NCBI GenBank assembly: GCA_963826855.1
Contig: CAWGZE010000015.1
Coordinates: 37,174 to 101,173, forward strand
Source: an uncultured Acidobacteriaceae bacterium
GTDB lineage: Bacteria; Acidobacteriota; Terriglobia; Terriglobales; Acidobacteriaceae
Direction: 5' to 3'
Length of the DNA stretch: 64,000 nucleotides
How positions within the stretch are numbered: position 1 is the first letter of the stretch; every line of letters begins with the position of its first letter. Positions 1-10,808 of the stretch are shown piece after piece. Under the pieces are notes generated by a model, which worked only from the letters and a program-made list of their open reading frames with translations, did not search any database and was not told the origin of the DNA. The position numbers were made by a program, and so were the translations under genes.

Positions 1-367
1 GCAGTTCGGCAATGCAGGGCGTAATATTTTGTGCGGCCCTCGGCTTGTCGACTTCGATTTCTCCCTGCTCAAAACGACCAAACTGCTTGAACATCTTTCG
101 TTGCAGTTCAGGGCGGAGGTCTACAACCTGTTCAACCATCCGAACTTCAATGTTCCAGTAAATACTCAGGGGCCGACCGGCAACGGCGGTAACGGTGATG
201 CGGTATTCATTGGAAGGACAACCACGCTTCCTGACGGAGTGCCTTGTACTCCGGGAAATGATCCAGCGAATCTGGGTTGTGGAATCCTGAGCCCCAATGC
301 CGGGAGAATTTTCAGCACGGTCACGTCGTCACGACAGATTCAATTCGGGCTGAAGCTGATCTTTTGA
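1..367 (+). CDS. TonB-dependent receptor-like (Oar-type) outer-membrane protein, C-terminal end (5' partial)
   Basis: [16 protein letters not shown] and terminal [12 protein letters not shown] with C-terminal Phe; frame runs off the window start. Confidence 0.85.
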   Translation, partial: QFGNAGRNILCGPRLVDFDFSLLKTTKLLEHLSLQFRAEVYNLFNHPNFNVPVNTQGPTGNGGNGDAVFIGRTTTLPDGVPCTPGNDPANLGCGILSPNAGRIFSTVTSSRQIQFGLKLIF

Positions 368-380
368 GCGATAATGCATC

Positions 381-2702
381 ATGTTGGGTAGTAAGCTCTC
401 CCATTATCGAGTGATCGAAAAGCTGGGCGCGGGTGCGATGGGAGAGGTTTACCGCGCGATCGACGAGCGTTTGGAGCGCGATGTTGCTATCAAGGTATTG
501 CGCGCCGGCACTCTGGCCGATGAACCCAAACGCCGTCAGTTCCATCGGGAAGCCATTTCCCTTTCGCGGCTCAATCACCCGCGGATAGCCCATATCTACG
601 ATTTCGGCAACCAGGACGGAAATGACTATCTCGTCATGGAACTGGTGCAAGGGACGACGCTCGCTCAGCGGCTTGCGACAGGTCTTCTCGAACCGAACTA
701 TATTCTCCGGGTTGGCGCGCAATTGGCGGAGGCGCTCGAAGAGGCGCATGATCGTGGAGTCATCCATCGCGACCTGAAACCCAGCAATATTGGCGTGACG
801 GACAAGGGTCATGTAAAGATCCTGGATTTCGGTGTAGCGAAGCTGTTGCAGCCCGGGTCCAGCCGGGTGCAGTCACTTCAACCTTTCGAAGAAGCGGGCA
901 TGCGCGCCACGATCGCCCTGCACGAGACTGGGATCGTGGGAACGCTGCACTACATGTCACCGGAGCAGCTTCGCGCAGAGGAGGTTGATCACAGTACAGA
1001 TACCTGGGCGCTCGGTGTCGTGCTTTACGAGATGGCGTGCGGCCGGTTGCCATTCCGCGGACAAAATACGATGGAGTTGGCAGAGCAAATCCAGCATCGC
1101 CAGCCAGCCCCATTGCGCACTATCAACCCGCTTGCGATGGCAGAGCTGGAGCGAGTAATTCTGCGCTGCCTTGAGAAGAACAAGAGCCGCCGTTATGCGA
1201 AAACCGGGGATGTGGGCAACGATCTTAACCTGCTTTTGGGCGGTACTACGCCGGCGATAGAGATTGTTTCGCCACGGTCGAATCGCATCGCCATACTTCC
1301 GCTGGAAAATCTGTCCGGGAGCGCCGATCAGGAATATTTTGTCGATGGCATGCACGAGGAACTGATGGGCACGCTCGCACGCATCAGTTCTTTATTGGTG
1401 ATTTCTCGATCTTCAGTACGACAATACAAGAACACCACGAAGTCTCTGCCTGAGATTGCGCGGGAACTGGACGTCGGCTACATCATCGAGGGCTCCGTTC
1501 GCACCGCGGGAGATTCAGTGCTAATCTCGGTGCAGCTGGTAGACGCGACCGACGACCGCTATGTCTGGGGCGAAAGCTATGAGCGGGAACTGAAAAAAGT
1601 GTTGGCGATGCAGCGCGACGTCGCACAAGCCGTAGCGCGCGAGATCAAGGTAAAACTTGCACCGCGCGAACAGGAACAATTGGAGCAATTGGGAACCGTT
1701 AATCCAGAGGCCTACAACGCATACCTCAGAGGGCGCTTTTATCTGAATCGCGTCACTCTCGACAGCCTCTGCAAAGCAATTGAACATTTCGAGATGGCGC
1801 TCCGGATGGATCCGCTCCAGGCACGCTCCTTCGCGGGAATTGCCGATTGCCATGTGCTGCTCGCAGACAGCGCAATCGGGCCGCATCCTCCGCTAGACAC
1901 GCTGAGCCGCGCCGCGGTCGCAGCCCAAAAAGCTCTGGAGCTGGATAGTTCGCTTGCAGAGGCACATGCGTCCCTGGCGCTTGTGTCCTGGCGGCTTTCC
2001 TGGGATTGGGAGAAGGCTGAGCGCGAATTTCAGCAGGCTGTTCTTCTGAATCCGAACTATCCTACTGCCCATCAGTGGTACGGCTGGTTTTTGGGTGCGT
2101 GCGGCCGAATGCCGGAAGCGGTGGCGGAGATCAAAGAGGCATTACGACTCGACCCGCTTTCCTTGTGGATCAACTCGAGCCTCGGCCTCGCCTACTATTT
2201 CAGCCGGCGTTATGACGACGCGATCAATCAGCTCCGTGAGACTCTCGAACTGGATCCAAATTTTGTGGTCGCTCACTTGCCTCTGGGGTGGAGCTACCTG
2301 CAGAAGGGCATGCATGCCGAGGCTTTTGCAGAGCTGGAACGCGGGGCCGAACTTTCCCGCCGCAGCCCGACTTTCCTCTCGGCGCTGGGACACGCCTATG
2401 CGGTCGGTGGAAGAACGGAGGAAGCCGAGCAGATGCTTGCGGAACTGCTCGACCTTTCTAAAAACCGATACGTGCCGTCTGATCAGTTCGCCCGAATCCA
2501 AGCGGCACTCGGCAGGAACGACGAGGCACTCGCTCTGCTGGAACGAGCGGCAGAAGAACATTCCAGCTATATTGCCTATCTGGAGATCGATCCCAAATCC
2601 GACCCGCTGCGCGCTCATCCGCGATTCAACAGATTGATGCGCCTCATCAACTATCCCGATTTGGTGGAAAAAATACCGCTCGCAACTGTCGAACTGCAAT
2701 GA
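381..2702 (+). CDS. Hanks-type Ser/Thr kinase with TolB-like and TPR domains
   Basis: GAGAMGEVY, VAIK, HRDLKPSN, DFG motifs; IAILPLENLSG...YFVDG region; multiple TPRs. Confidence 0.95.
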   Translation: MLGSKLSHYRVIEKLGAGAMGEVYRAIDERLERDVAIKVLRAGTLADEPKRRQFHREAISLSRLNHPRIAHIYDFGNQDGNDYLVMELVQGTTLAQRLATGLLEPNYILRVGAQLAEALEEAHDRGVIHRDLKPSNIGVTDKGHVKILDFGVAKLLQPGSSRVQSLQPFEEAGMRATIALHETGIVGTLHYMSPEQLRAEEVDHSTDTWALGVVLYEMACGRLPFRGQNTMELAEQIQHRQPAPLRTINPLAMAELERVILRCLEKNKSRRYAKTGDVGNDLNLLLGGTTPAIEIVSPRSNRIAILPLENLSGSADQEYFVDGMHEELMGTLARISSLLVISRSSVRQYKNTTKSLPEIARELDVGYIIEGSVRTAGDSVLISVQLVDATDDRYVWGESYERELKKVLAMQRDVAQAVAREIKVKLAPREQEQLEQLGTVNPEAYNAYLRGRFYLNRVTLDSLCKAIEHFEMALRMDPLQARSFAGIADCHVLLADSAIGPHPPLDTLSRAAVAAQKALELDSSLAEAHASLALVSWRLSWDWEKAEREFQQAVLLNPNYPTAHQWYGWFLGACGRMPEAVAEIKEALRLDPLSLWINSSLGLAYYFSRRYDDAINQLRETLELDPNFVVAHLPLGWSYLQKGMHAEAFAELERGAELSRRSPTFLSALGHAYAVGGRTEEAEQMLAELLDLSKNRYVPSDQFARIQAALGRNDEALALLERAAEEHSSYIAYLEIDPKSDPLRAHPRFNRLMRLINYPDLVEKIPLATVELQ

Positions 2703-2735
2703 ATTGGGAACCGGGCCGCAACTAGGCTCCAACTC

Positions 2736-3845
2736 TTATAGGCAGACTTCGGAACCCGCGTATCCCATTTTCTTCAATGAAGCCTGGAAGGCCGCCACGA
2801 TGGAATGCGCCCGCATCTGCGGGGCACACGGAGCAGCGATGACGGCAATCTCCTTACCCTTAGCTAACTGAAGGTCAGCATTGCTGAAGGGCTGCCCATC
2901 CGTTGTGAGATAGCAAATCAAGTCTGGCGCCATCACAAGCGGCTGGGACGATTCACTATTCCAGGCGATCAGGTTCTCATTCTGGTTGTAGATGGTCAGC
3001 ACCGACTTGCCATTCTGGATAGTAATAGCGCCGAAATCGAAGCCGGCCTTTGTGCTTTGCTGCTGGTCCGTAATCTTGCCGGTAAATATGAGCTCGCCCG
3101 AGAGATAGGTGCAGACGGCCTCCACTGGGTCCTCCCCGGCTTGGAGGGCGTTGCGAAGGGCTGCGCCGAGATCGCGCGTGTAGCTCATCGTGTTCGGGAT
3201 GACTGCTGGTTTCATTGCAGAGCCGCTCATGCTCCACAAGGCCATGCCGGCATCCTCTTTGAATGCTCCGCCGTTGATGATGCCGTCTATCGTGACTTGA
3301 GCAATGGCTACACTCTCGGCAATGAAACTGATCTTCTCATCGTCATTCGCCAAAACCACGGGAGAGATGGGTAAGTTGCGACTCGCATAAGTAACCATAT
3401 CCAGGTCGGGGATGGCTCGCCTGGCGCCGTCGCCATCAACGATGGGTATATTTGCGGAAACCGCGACCGTCATGGGAATGACGCTGTTCCCCGCTCCCAC
3501 CTCTCCGGGCAGAACACAGCTGAAGTTCTTCCCCGAAGTCTTGGACTGGATGTTATCGAGTTCCTGGAACGCGATGTATGCAGCATCAAACGGGAATCCT
3601 CCAGCAGCCGCGAGGGGAGATCCTACACCGGCGGCAATCGCCGTAAGCTCGTCATCTCCGACCGTCTTAGGATCGATGAGCTCGACGGTGCCTTTCTGAA
3701 TCACCTGTTTCAGCAATTGCTGACCAAGGGTATATGGGCCGCCGCCGCCGCTTCCTAGTATGCAAGCGCCGTTCAGGATGTCGTACAGATCCTGGTTCGT
3801 AAGTTGCTGGGTTTTGCCAGCGGCTTTGGTATCCGGAGTAGCCAT
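2736..3845 (-). CDS. DUF917 family protein
   Basis: GACILGSGGGGP, EVGAGN, VDGDGARRAIP, QNENL, APDLI motifs; ATG at 3845 with AAGGAGG RBS. Confidence 0.85.
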   Translation of the reverse strand: MATPDTKAAGKTQQLTNQDLYDILNGACILGSGGGGPYTLGQQLLKQVIQKGTVELIDPKTVGDDELTAIAAGVGSPLAAAGGFPFDAAYIAFQELDNIQSKTSGKNFSCVLPGEVGAGNSVIPMTVAVSANIPIVDGDGARRAIPDLDMVTYASRNLPISPVVLANDDEKISFIAESVAIAQVTIDGIINGGAFKEDAGMALWSMSGSAMKPAVIPNTMSYTRDLGAALRNALQAGEDPVEAVCTYLSGELIFTGKITDQQQSTKAGFDFGAITIQNGKSVLTIYNQNENLIAWNSESSQPLVMAPDLICYLTTDGQPFSNADLQLAKGKEIAVIAAPCAPQMRAHSIVAAFQASLKKMGYAGSEVCL

Positions 3846-3862
3846 CGAGACCTCCTTGCGGT

Positions 3863-4792
3863 TCATGATTTCCATAATGATGTTTGCGGTTGGCCCACTC
3901 TACCCTGTTTGGCGGAATCTGGATAGAACGGCATCGATAGACTCCCTGAGAAATAACCAAACATCGTATCCACGTCATAGCCGCCCATCCAGAAGGTAAT
4001 CGTCCAGGGCTGCGAAAATCCTACCGTTCCCTGAAGCAGATTGGCGTCATCAGTTATAGAGTTGCGCATGGGATCGATCCGGGCGGAGCCGTTGATTTGC
4101 AAGCTATAGGTTGCCTGCAGGCCCAGAAATTGCGTTGCGGCCAGCATCTCTCCGGTGAGCAACCGATCGTTTTCAATGTTCATGATGCGTTTGTCGAGTG
4201 CCGCTCGTTCGATCGGATCCGCCTCGTGCTCCCGCAGCCGTTTAAGGTCGTCTAGACGCTGTCGCCGGACCTCGCGGTAGTTCATAAAGCCTGTCTTCTC
4301 CGCGACTTCAACGGACTGAACCGCAATCTGGTTTCCACGGCGCTGTGTGAGTGTGCTATTTAGAAATACATCTTTATAGCTGAGGTTGGGATGTGCTAGA
4401 TCGATATAATCCACGCGAGAGATCTCTATGCCGTTGCCCTTGATCTGAATATGAAACGGATCAATCGGCGCCTGAAACATGGGGACCAACAAGACCAGGA
4501 TCATGTTTCTCTGCTGGTAGCTGGGGCTACCCAGCAAATTCACAGAAGCACCGATCAGCGAGTGTGAGGCTGCGTTCTGACCGTTAATGGCGACGGAAGT
4601 GACGGTCACCCCGGGCGACCTGTCTCTCGGGTAACGCGGCTTAACGAAATCGTTGAGACGAATGATCCGGTCGAAAGGTGGTTCGCCGGGCACTGAGAAC
4701 GTTGGACCGCTCACGCCGCGTGGGTCATCGGTGGGATCGGGGTCCGTAGCAAATCGGCACTGGAACCATCCTTCGAACGTGACCGTCATCAT
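3863..4792 (-). CDS. hypothetical protein coupled to the ferritin-like gene
   Basis: 309-aa ORF; ATGA overlap with upstream gene; N-terminus FEGWFQCRFATDPDP. Confidence 0.75.
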   Translation of the reverse strand: MMTVTFEGWFQCRFATDPDPTDDPRGVSGPTFSVPGEPPFDRIIRLNDFVKPRYPRDRSPGVTVTSVAINGQNAASHSLIGASVNLLGSPSYQQRNMILVLLVPMFQAPIDPFHIQIKGNGIEISRVDYIDLAHPNLSYKDVFLNSTLTQRRGNQIAVQSVEVAEKTGFMNYREVRRQRLDDLKRLREHEADPIERAALDKRIMNIENDRLLTGEMLAATQFLGLQATYSLQINGSARIDPMRNSITDDANLLQGTVGFSQPWTITFWMGGYDVDTMFGYFSGSLSMPFYPDSAKQGRVGQPQTSLWKS

Positions 4793-6135
4793 GACATGAA
4801 TCCCAAAGGCCGTAAGACCGAGTTCAGGCGCTTCAGCATCAAATCCAGGCTTTCGGCGATGTAACCCACGCGTCCCGGCATCCCTGACAACTTACTGATT
4901 TCTTTCGCATCCTGCGTCAGCTCAGCAAACCTCTCGGCCAGGATGATCCAAGCCCGGCGGGAATGAGGCAGAAAATTGATGTTCGGGTATACCTGAAAAC
5001 TGGGTCCTGCTCTCTCCGGTCCATCATCGGAAAATGCCGGTAAGCTGGTCAGTATCTCTGTAAGAGGCCGGGTTACCATGGTCATCAACGGGAAGAACGC
5101 GGCAGCCTGAACTTCCTGTATTAAAGCTTTGCTGTCGTCGGAGTGAGCGAATACGCGGATCAGGAGCAACAACATTACTTCGTAGGCCCCATTGAGCAGA
5201 TCGAGCACGGCGCGGCTGTTAGGGTGTGTGATGACGGTCTGTTCGCCTCCAAAGTTTCCGTGGCCCGGGCTCACTTCGTACAGCACGGGATTCGAGACAA
5301 CGGCACGGGCGGGCTCAAAATTCGGATCTTCCGCCTCAAGCTTCAGCAACTGCTCGTAGATCCGCTGAAAAGCCCGAAAATGCGAAAGCTCGTACTCCTG
5401 GTCGCCCGGATTGAACACGGAGGACTCACCTTGGCGAATGATGAGCTCGATCACCTGCTGCGCACTCGCCAGATCGGAAATCGTGCTCATGAAAATGTCG
5501 TAACCGCCGCCGGTTGCGCCTTTGCGAACGAAGTTCGTCGCTAACTCGTCCCCGGTAACCTGCGAAGCCAGCGAACCGATAAAAAGACGCGTGCCTTTCT
5601 TCGTCAGGTAGTCGAAGCCGTCGCGAATGGCGTCGTACAGCTCTTCGATAGTCTTGTAAGGCAAGGGCTTCGGTGTAACCCGGGCTGCAAGGACCGCGTT
5701 CCGAGGGTCCGGATCAAGGCAGAAGGCATCGTGCGGATCCGTTCTTCGCGGCTTTTCGAAGCAGATGAATCTTTTGAGAGTATGCGAGGAAAAACGATCC
5801 AGCGACATGCTGTGCGGATACAAAGATGTGGGATATGGAAAGTCCGGGTGGGAAAAATAGGGAGCGGCTCCGACGGCACTCAGCAGATTGCATACAAGGC
5901 CCAAGTGCTCCATCTCCTGGCGTGCGACCATCAGGATGAAGCGTTCCCAGTTGGCGACGACATTCATTTGTTCATGAGTGATGCCCTCCGATGTATCAGA
6001 CTTGAGAGAAAAAGCGGCGAAGAGATACTGGCACATGAGCGCATGCTCAACCGCGGCAGCTTCACTCATCAAATAGATCAGATCATCGCGCGAGCCAACT
6101 TCGCCCGCATTGTCTGCTAAGGAGTACCGGGCCAT
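4789..6135 (-). CDS. ferritin-like domain protein (VioB/RebD C-terminal-like)
   Basis: AAAVEHALMCQYLFAAFSL, QEMEHLGLVCNLL, FICFEKP, IIRQGE, SHFRAF; start at MARYSL inferred. Confidence 0.8.
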   Translation of the reverse strand: MARYSLADNAGEVGSRDDLIYLMSEAAAVEHALMCQYLFAAFSLKSDTSEGITHEQMNVVANWERFILMVARQEMEHLGLVCNLLSAVGAAPYFSHPDFPYPTSLYPHSMSLDRFSSHTLKRFICFEKPRRTDPHDAFCLDPDPRNAVLAARVTPKPLPYKTIEELYDAIRDGFDYLTKKGTRLFIGSLASQVTGDELATNFVRKGATGGGYDIFMSTISDLASAQQVIELIIRQGESSVFNPGDQEYELSHFRAFQRIYEQLLKLEAEDPNFEPARAVVSNPVLYEVSPGHGNFGGEQTVITHPNSRAVLDLLNGAYEVMLLLLIRVFAHSDDSKALIQEVQAAAFFPLMTMVTRPLTEILTSLPAFSDDGPERAGPSFQVYPNINFLPHSRRAWIILAERFAELTQDAKEISKLSGMPGRVGYIAESLDLMLKRLNSVLRPLGFMS

Positions 6136-7271
6136 AGTTCTGTCTGTGAGCCGTAAGAATCGGGGCCGAGATTCAGGGTGGCTGTCGAGTAATGAACAGA
6201 TTGCCTGCTCCACGATACCTGCGAGCCCACGGGAAGTCCAGAGGTAATCGCACGCTGGTGACATCCGCAAAGGTGCTCCGGATGCCTGCATCTCCTGCTC
6301 TGCGAAAGAATAACGTGCGCAAGGACTTGTTGGAGGATGCCCAGTTTCACTAACTGAGCCGGATGCGGCCCGGACATGCCTTGCAACGTCTTGCGACTCG
6401 CGCAGCCAGTTCTCCTTGTGCGCCCGGGCGCAACTGGCGCCCGGTGGCAAGGCCGTAGCCGTAGGCTTCGGTCGTTTTCGTCCCACTCTGGCGCTACAGC
6501 CATCCCTTATCGACAGGTTGTTTCGTGGGGATTTGACGACATGATCTTCGATAGTGCCTTTGACAATCTATCGAGCACGATAAAAGCGAAATTAGCTGGC
6601 TTTCACGACCGCATCGACACGGAGGACATGTTGCAGTCCTTTTTCCCAATCTCTCCGCAAACAAAAACATCCTCCCTCGGTGGGGGCATGCAGCCTTCTC
6701 TGAAGTAGGCCTCGCGAAAGATCACTTGAGAAATCGCACCTGGACTTCGCCAACCCGCACGAACAACTTGGCATATTACCTGCGAGAGATTGCATCGGCT
6801 CCGCAGTAAAGCAAACGGTGCTCAAGATCCCGAACTGGTAGTCGCCGTGCTCTTGCAGGATGGAATTCAAGGCATTAACGCAGCCCTTGTCGGTGGAAGA
6901 GTCGTTTCGGCCTATGTGAAAAAACGCCGAATTGAGAGCAATTTGTCGCCAACTATAAGCGGGCGGTCTCTTCGTTGAAGCTTATGGGCCCGTACCAAGC
7001 CAAGTCGGGTTAATGGCCCTGCACAACTGGCGCTCACATCCCAATCCCTACTGAACGGAAACAAGATGGCCGCGGAGCCCGCCCGTAACCATACAACTTG
7101 CCTTCGTTCCACCGCGCGGTGAGCGGACCCCGTTTCGCTGTTGCGGGAGGCCGAGTCGGTGGGAGACTATCGTTGCGATCGGCGCTCCTCGATTGAAAAA
7201 GTCGGAGTTGACATTTTGGGCTGATCCCCCACGGCCAGCCCAATGGCCCACTGGTTAAAGAGTGAATGGAT

Positions 7272-7292
7272 TTGGTAGCAGAATTGGTAGCA
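7272..7292. repeat. putative integrase arm-type sites, left of core
   Basis: TTGGTAGCA direct repeat at 7272 and 7284. Confidence 0.55.
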
Positions 7293-7371
7293 AATAGCGG
7301 CGAGAGTGCCGGTTCTCTCCGACTGTACCGGCTTCTAACCCCTTTATCCTCATCATCCGTCTACCTTTTCA

Positions 7372-7421
7372 CCACCTTCACACGGTGGAAGTCGTAGGTT
7401 CGAATCCTGCTGCGCCCACCA
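7372..7421 (+). tRNA. tRNA-Val(CAC) 3' half only (att-site remnant, not a full tRNA)
   Basis: CCACC-TTCACAC-GGTGG anticodon arm, GTAGG-TTCGAAT-CCTGC T arm, CCA end; no acceptor 5' strand or D arm upstream. Confidence 0.9.
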
Positions 7422-7460
7422 TATAAATCAGCCACTTACACTTCAAATCCCCAAACATCG

Positions 7461-7482
7461 CTACCCACATTTCTACCCACAT
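7461..7482. repeat. putative integrase arm-type sites, right of core
   Basis: CTACCCACAT direct repeat at 7461 and 7473; same 12-bp period and inverted GGTAG core relative to the left pair. Confidence 0.55.
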
Positions 7483-8072
7483 CACTGAATCAGCTGGGTA
7501 GGCATGGCCAGCGCCTCAAGGAATTTGCCCTGCGCCGTGCAGGCCTCATCCGCGTCTTCCTGCGTATAGAGGTCGAGTGTGGTCTGGATTCGGCTGTGTC
7601 TGAGCATGCCTTGTACAGTCTTCGGCTCGGTTTTCGCCTTGTTTATCAGCCAGTGGCTGAGTGAATGCCGAAAATTATGAAGGCCGAAACGCTGCCCCTT
7701 CTCGATGGAGATCCCCACCCTGATGGCCGCTGTCCGGAGATGATCGGCGACAAACATGGCAGGAGATAGTGGAACGCGTCCGTTCGACCGCACAGAAGGG
7801 AAGACGAAATCCGTATCTGCCCCGAATACAGTCTGGTCGTGCCACTCGCGAAGATGCGAAGCCAGCACGGGATGCAGAGGCACATGCCCGTCAGAAGCTT
7901 CGTTCTTCGTCGCTCCGTCCTTTCCCATGGACCAGCGTTTGGAGACGCGAATCCGGTTTTCCTCCCACCGAATATCAGCCCAGCGGAGCGCCAGTACTTC
8001 GGAAGACCGAAGGGCGGTTGCCGCGCAGGTCAAGACGAGGGTTCGGTGAAGAGGGTTGGGAAGCGCCTGCCA
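7482..8072 (-). pseudogene. tyrosine integrase, catalytic domain only (N-terminus deleted)
   Basis: ALRSSE, TKN, LHNFRH, LRHS, LDLY catalytic set; integrase-like sequence begins ~8072 (QALPNPLHRTLVL) inside the end of the upstream gene. Confidence 0.85.
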
Positions 8073-10532
8073 GGTTGGTCAGTGCGGTCGTGAAGCTAGT
8101 GCCGCCGGTCACAGAGTGCAGCATTGTCGCCGAAAACCTCGCGTTCGTTGCGCACGAAGAGAAGCTGACCACGATGCTGCCCTTTATGGTCGCATTGGGA
8201 GCCACGTTTCCGACCGCCTTCGGGAGTGGCGTTGTGATGACCGGAGAGCAAGCGGTTCCCGCCGTCTGAGTGAGTTTGAAACTCACGATGGTGACTCCAT
8301 CGCCTTCGGCGGCTCCGCTATTCATGAAGGTAAACGAAAGGACGCTCGCGTTTGCGGGACCGGATTGACCATTAAAACTGCCATGGACGATTGGAATGGC
8401 AGTGAAATTTGCCGCGACCGATTGCGGCGAACTCATGACAATGCTTGTCGACGCACTACTTGGGCTGGCGACATTGCCAGTCCAGCCGGAGAATATGTAG
8501 CCCGTCGCCGGTGTGGCCGTGAGCGTCACCGTGCTTCCTGCGTTGTAGAAGCCGCCCGAGGCGACTGATACCGTCCCGCCTCCGGGAGGCGACACTCCCG
8601 TGTTCAATTGATACTGAGTTGTGAAAGCTGCGGTAGCAGCATAGGTGGCCCCGACACCCGGCACTGTGATGTTATGTGTGATCGCGCCGCCATCGGACCA
8701 ACTGCTGAAGATATATTGGGTTCCTGTCGGCCCGGCCTGTGGCGAAGTGGTTCCAATGGCGACACTGCTGCCAACGGAATACTGGCCACTTACTGGCGTA
8801 CCCTTGGACGTGCCACCGAGCGAAGCCGCCAGACCCGAAGGCGAAGTCTGAAGAGTCACTGTGGCAACTTGGCAGCCCGTCAGCACGAAGTTCTCAATCT
8901 GCGTTGACCAGTTGTTGGTTCCGTCCATCGGCTCGTACTGCTCGGTGTAGTAATAGGTGCAATCGTCCACCGGATCGACCGTGAGCGTGGAGCGATAGTC
9001 CCAGGACGATGTTGTCTGCGAGGCGTTGCCGGGATTCAGCAGTGTCTCATTACCCATGGTATTGAGCGGATCGCCGGCCGCTCGCGTGGCGACATACTGG
9101 CCGGGAAAGGTTTGCGAGCTGGAGAGGTTGTAGGCGACGGCGATGTTGCCCGCCCGATCAGAAGCGATGCTGGGAATGAAGCGAAAGTTCGTAGTATCGG
9201 CCTGAAACTCTCCTTCCTGATACATAAACAAATCCCCGCTGGAAGCGATGCGCATCTCGTAAAAGACGAACCCGGTGGGGTTTCCGAAGGTCTCTGAGGT
9301 AAACAACGATTGGTGATCGCCGTAGTTGCGATAAGGCATCCGCCCGATGACGTGGCTGCCGTATGAGTTCAGCGCCACGCCGTTTGGCTGTGGGACGCAG
9401 AGCCCGCATGCCAGGGCATAATCCGGTTCGGGGAGAAGGATCGGCAGACTCAGGGTTGTATTCTGGGAGTCGTTCCAATCCACGTGGAACTTCCACAGAT
9501 CCAGCGCATAATAGTTCAGGTCGTCGGCGGCGAAATAGGCCGGAGCGCCTACAGGAGGCGGGACGGCACTATCCAGGTCGGAGACTACAAGGCCTGAGTA
9601 TTCAGTATCAAGCTGGATGCACTGGATGCCTGCAGCATTTCCAGAAATCATTTTGGTCCGGTTCAGAGCACATAACTTGGGCCCCAGGTATGTGGATCCC
9701 GAGTACATGTCGAACGTCATGTAGTAGCCGTCCGGCCACACTCCCAGCTTTGCATTGAGATTGGTCCAGGCGGTGTTAACGATTCCAATCTGAAAGGAAT
9801 AGCGGTTCCAGGTCCCCGTCGCATCCGCGGTCGTAGAAACCGCCACGCACTGCAGATATGGCGCCCCGCTGGTGATGGCGTATTGACTCACGACCCACAC
9901 GTTTGCCAGCTTGTCGAAATTGACCGTCGGCTGGCCATCGTTGTCGTTTTGGCACGCGCCGCCAAAGCCGCTCCAAAGGGTATTGCCCGCGACCGGCCCG
10001 AGAAGAGCGTTGCCGGTTGCTTTGTCAAAGACGGCAAAGGCGTCGTCGACCCATTGAAAGTACTGGGTAGTGCCAACCGCGCCGGTCGCATCCGACGGGC
10101 TACTGGCCGGGGTGAACCCTCCGTCAGGTCCATTAAAGTAATTCCCGACACCAGCGATGTTGAAATACCCCAGCGTTGTCGCAACGCCAGTGGCCCCGTT
10201 GACAAGGTTCGGCGTCACTCCATCTGAAAGTAGATCTCTGTTTGCCGCTACTTCTTGCCCCGCAGTCATTGAAGACTCCTTGAGAGATTTAGCGCGGCGA
10301 TCTACCGGCAGCCCCCCAGGGGGAAGCGTAACTCATGTCTCGGTGTCGTCGAAGGTTCGATGTTGCGCAGCGGCTGCGAGCGATCATGATGCACGTCGGT
10401 GCCGACAGTGAAGGTTCCAGATCCCGGCCCCGAACCGGGCTTCCTAGTTTGAGCTACAATCTGGCCCGTGAACGTGAATCCGGCGATGACGAGTGCGATG
10501 AAGCGGCACATCAGAAAAAAGCGGCGATACAT
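7975..10532 (-). CDS. secreted protein with InlB B-repeat/Ig-like domains (frameshift near 10315)
   Basis: Signal peptide MYRRFFLMCRFIALVIAG...VAQ with GGAGG RBS joins the 764-aa ORF across the C5/G6 run; VTLTATPATGYIFSGWTG...VAANFT repeat. Confidence 0.75.
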
Positions 10533-10808
10533 GGTATGTTCCTCCAATTGGTTTAGCGACAATCCGGAGGTATCTCCCTCATCCTCTGCGGAAAAATTTG
10601 ATGCAATGACAGCAGTACGGTGAGTCGCTAGCTTCCGGGGATAGTTGGCTTTTTTCTTTTTCATTGGGCACGCCGCGATGGCTTAAGGAAACTCAAACTT
10701 TCTGTGCCGTTCTAAGTTGAGGCAATATTGGTCTTGGCCGCGCTCTGAGCGCGCTCCGCTGAGAGGAGGGGCTCGGGAACGCACCTTGCGATTCGCGTTC
10801 GCGAGCGA

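Noticed and set aside
6500-7260. Short ORFs or a possible recombinase relic (ARWNEGKLYGYGRAP)
   Set aside because: No convincing motif, start or RBS
7372-7421. Functional tRNA genes here and at 32549
   Set aside because: Both lack the D arm and the 5' acceptor strand; treated as att remnants
10302-10330. Programmed frameshift or phase variation at the C5/G6 run
   Set aside because: Runs are short and similar indels recur across the window, so assembly error is more likely
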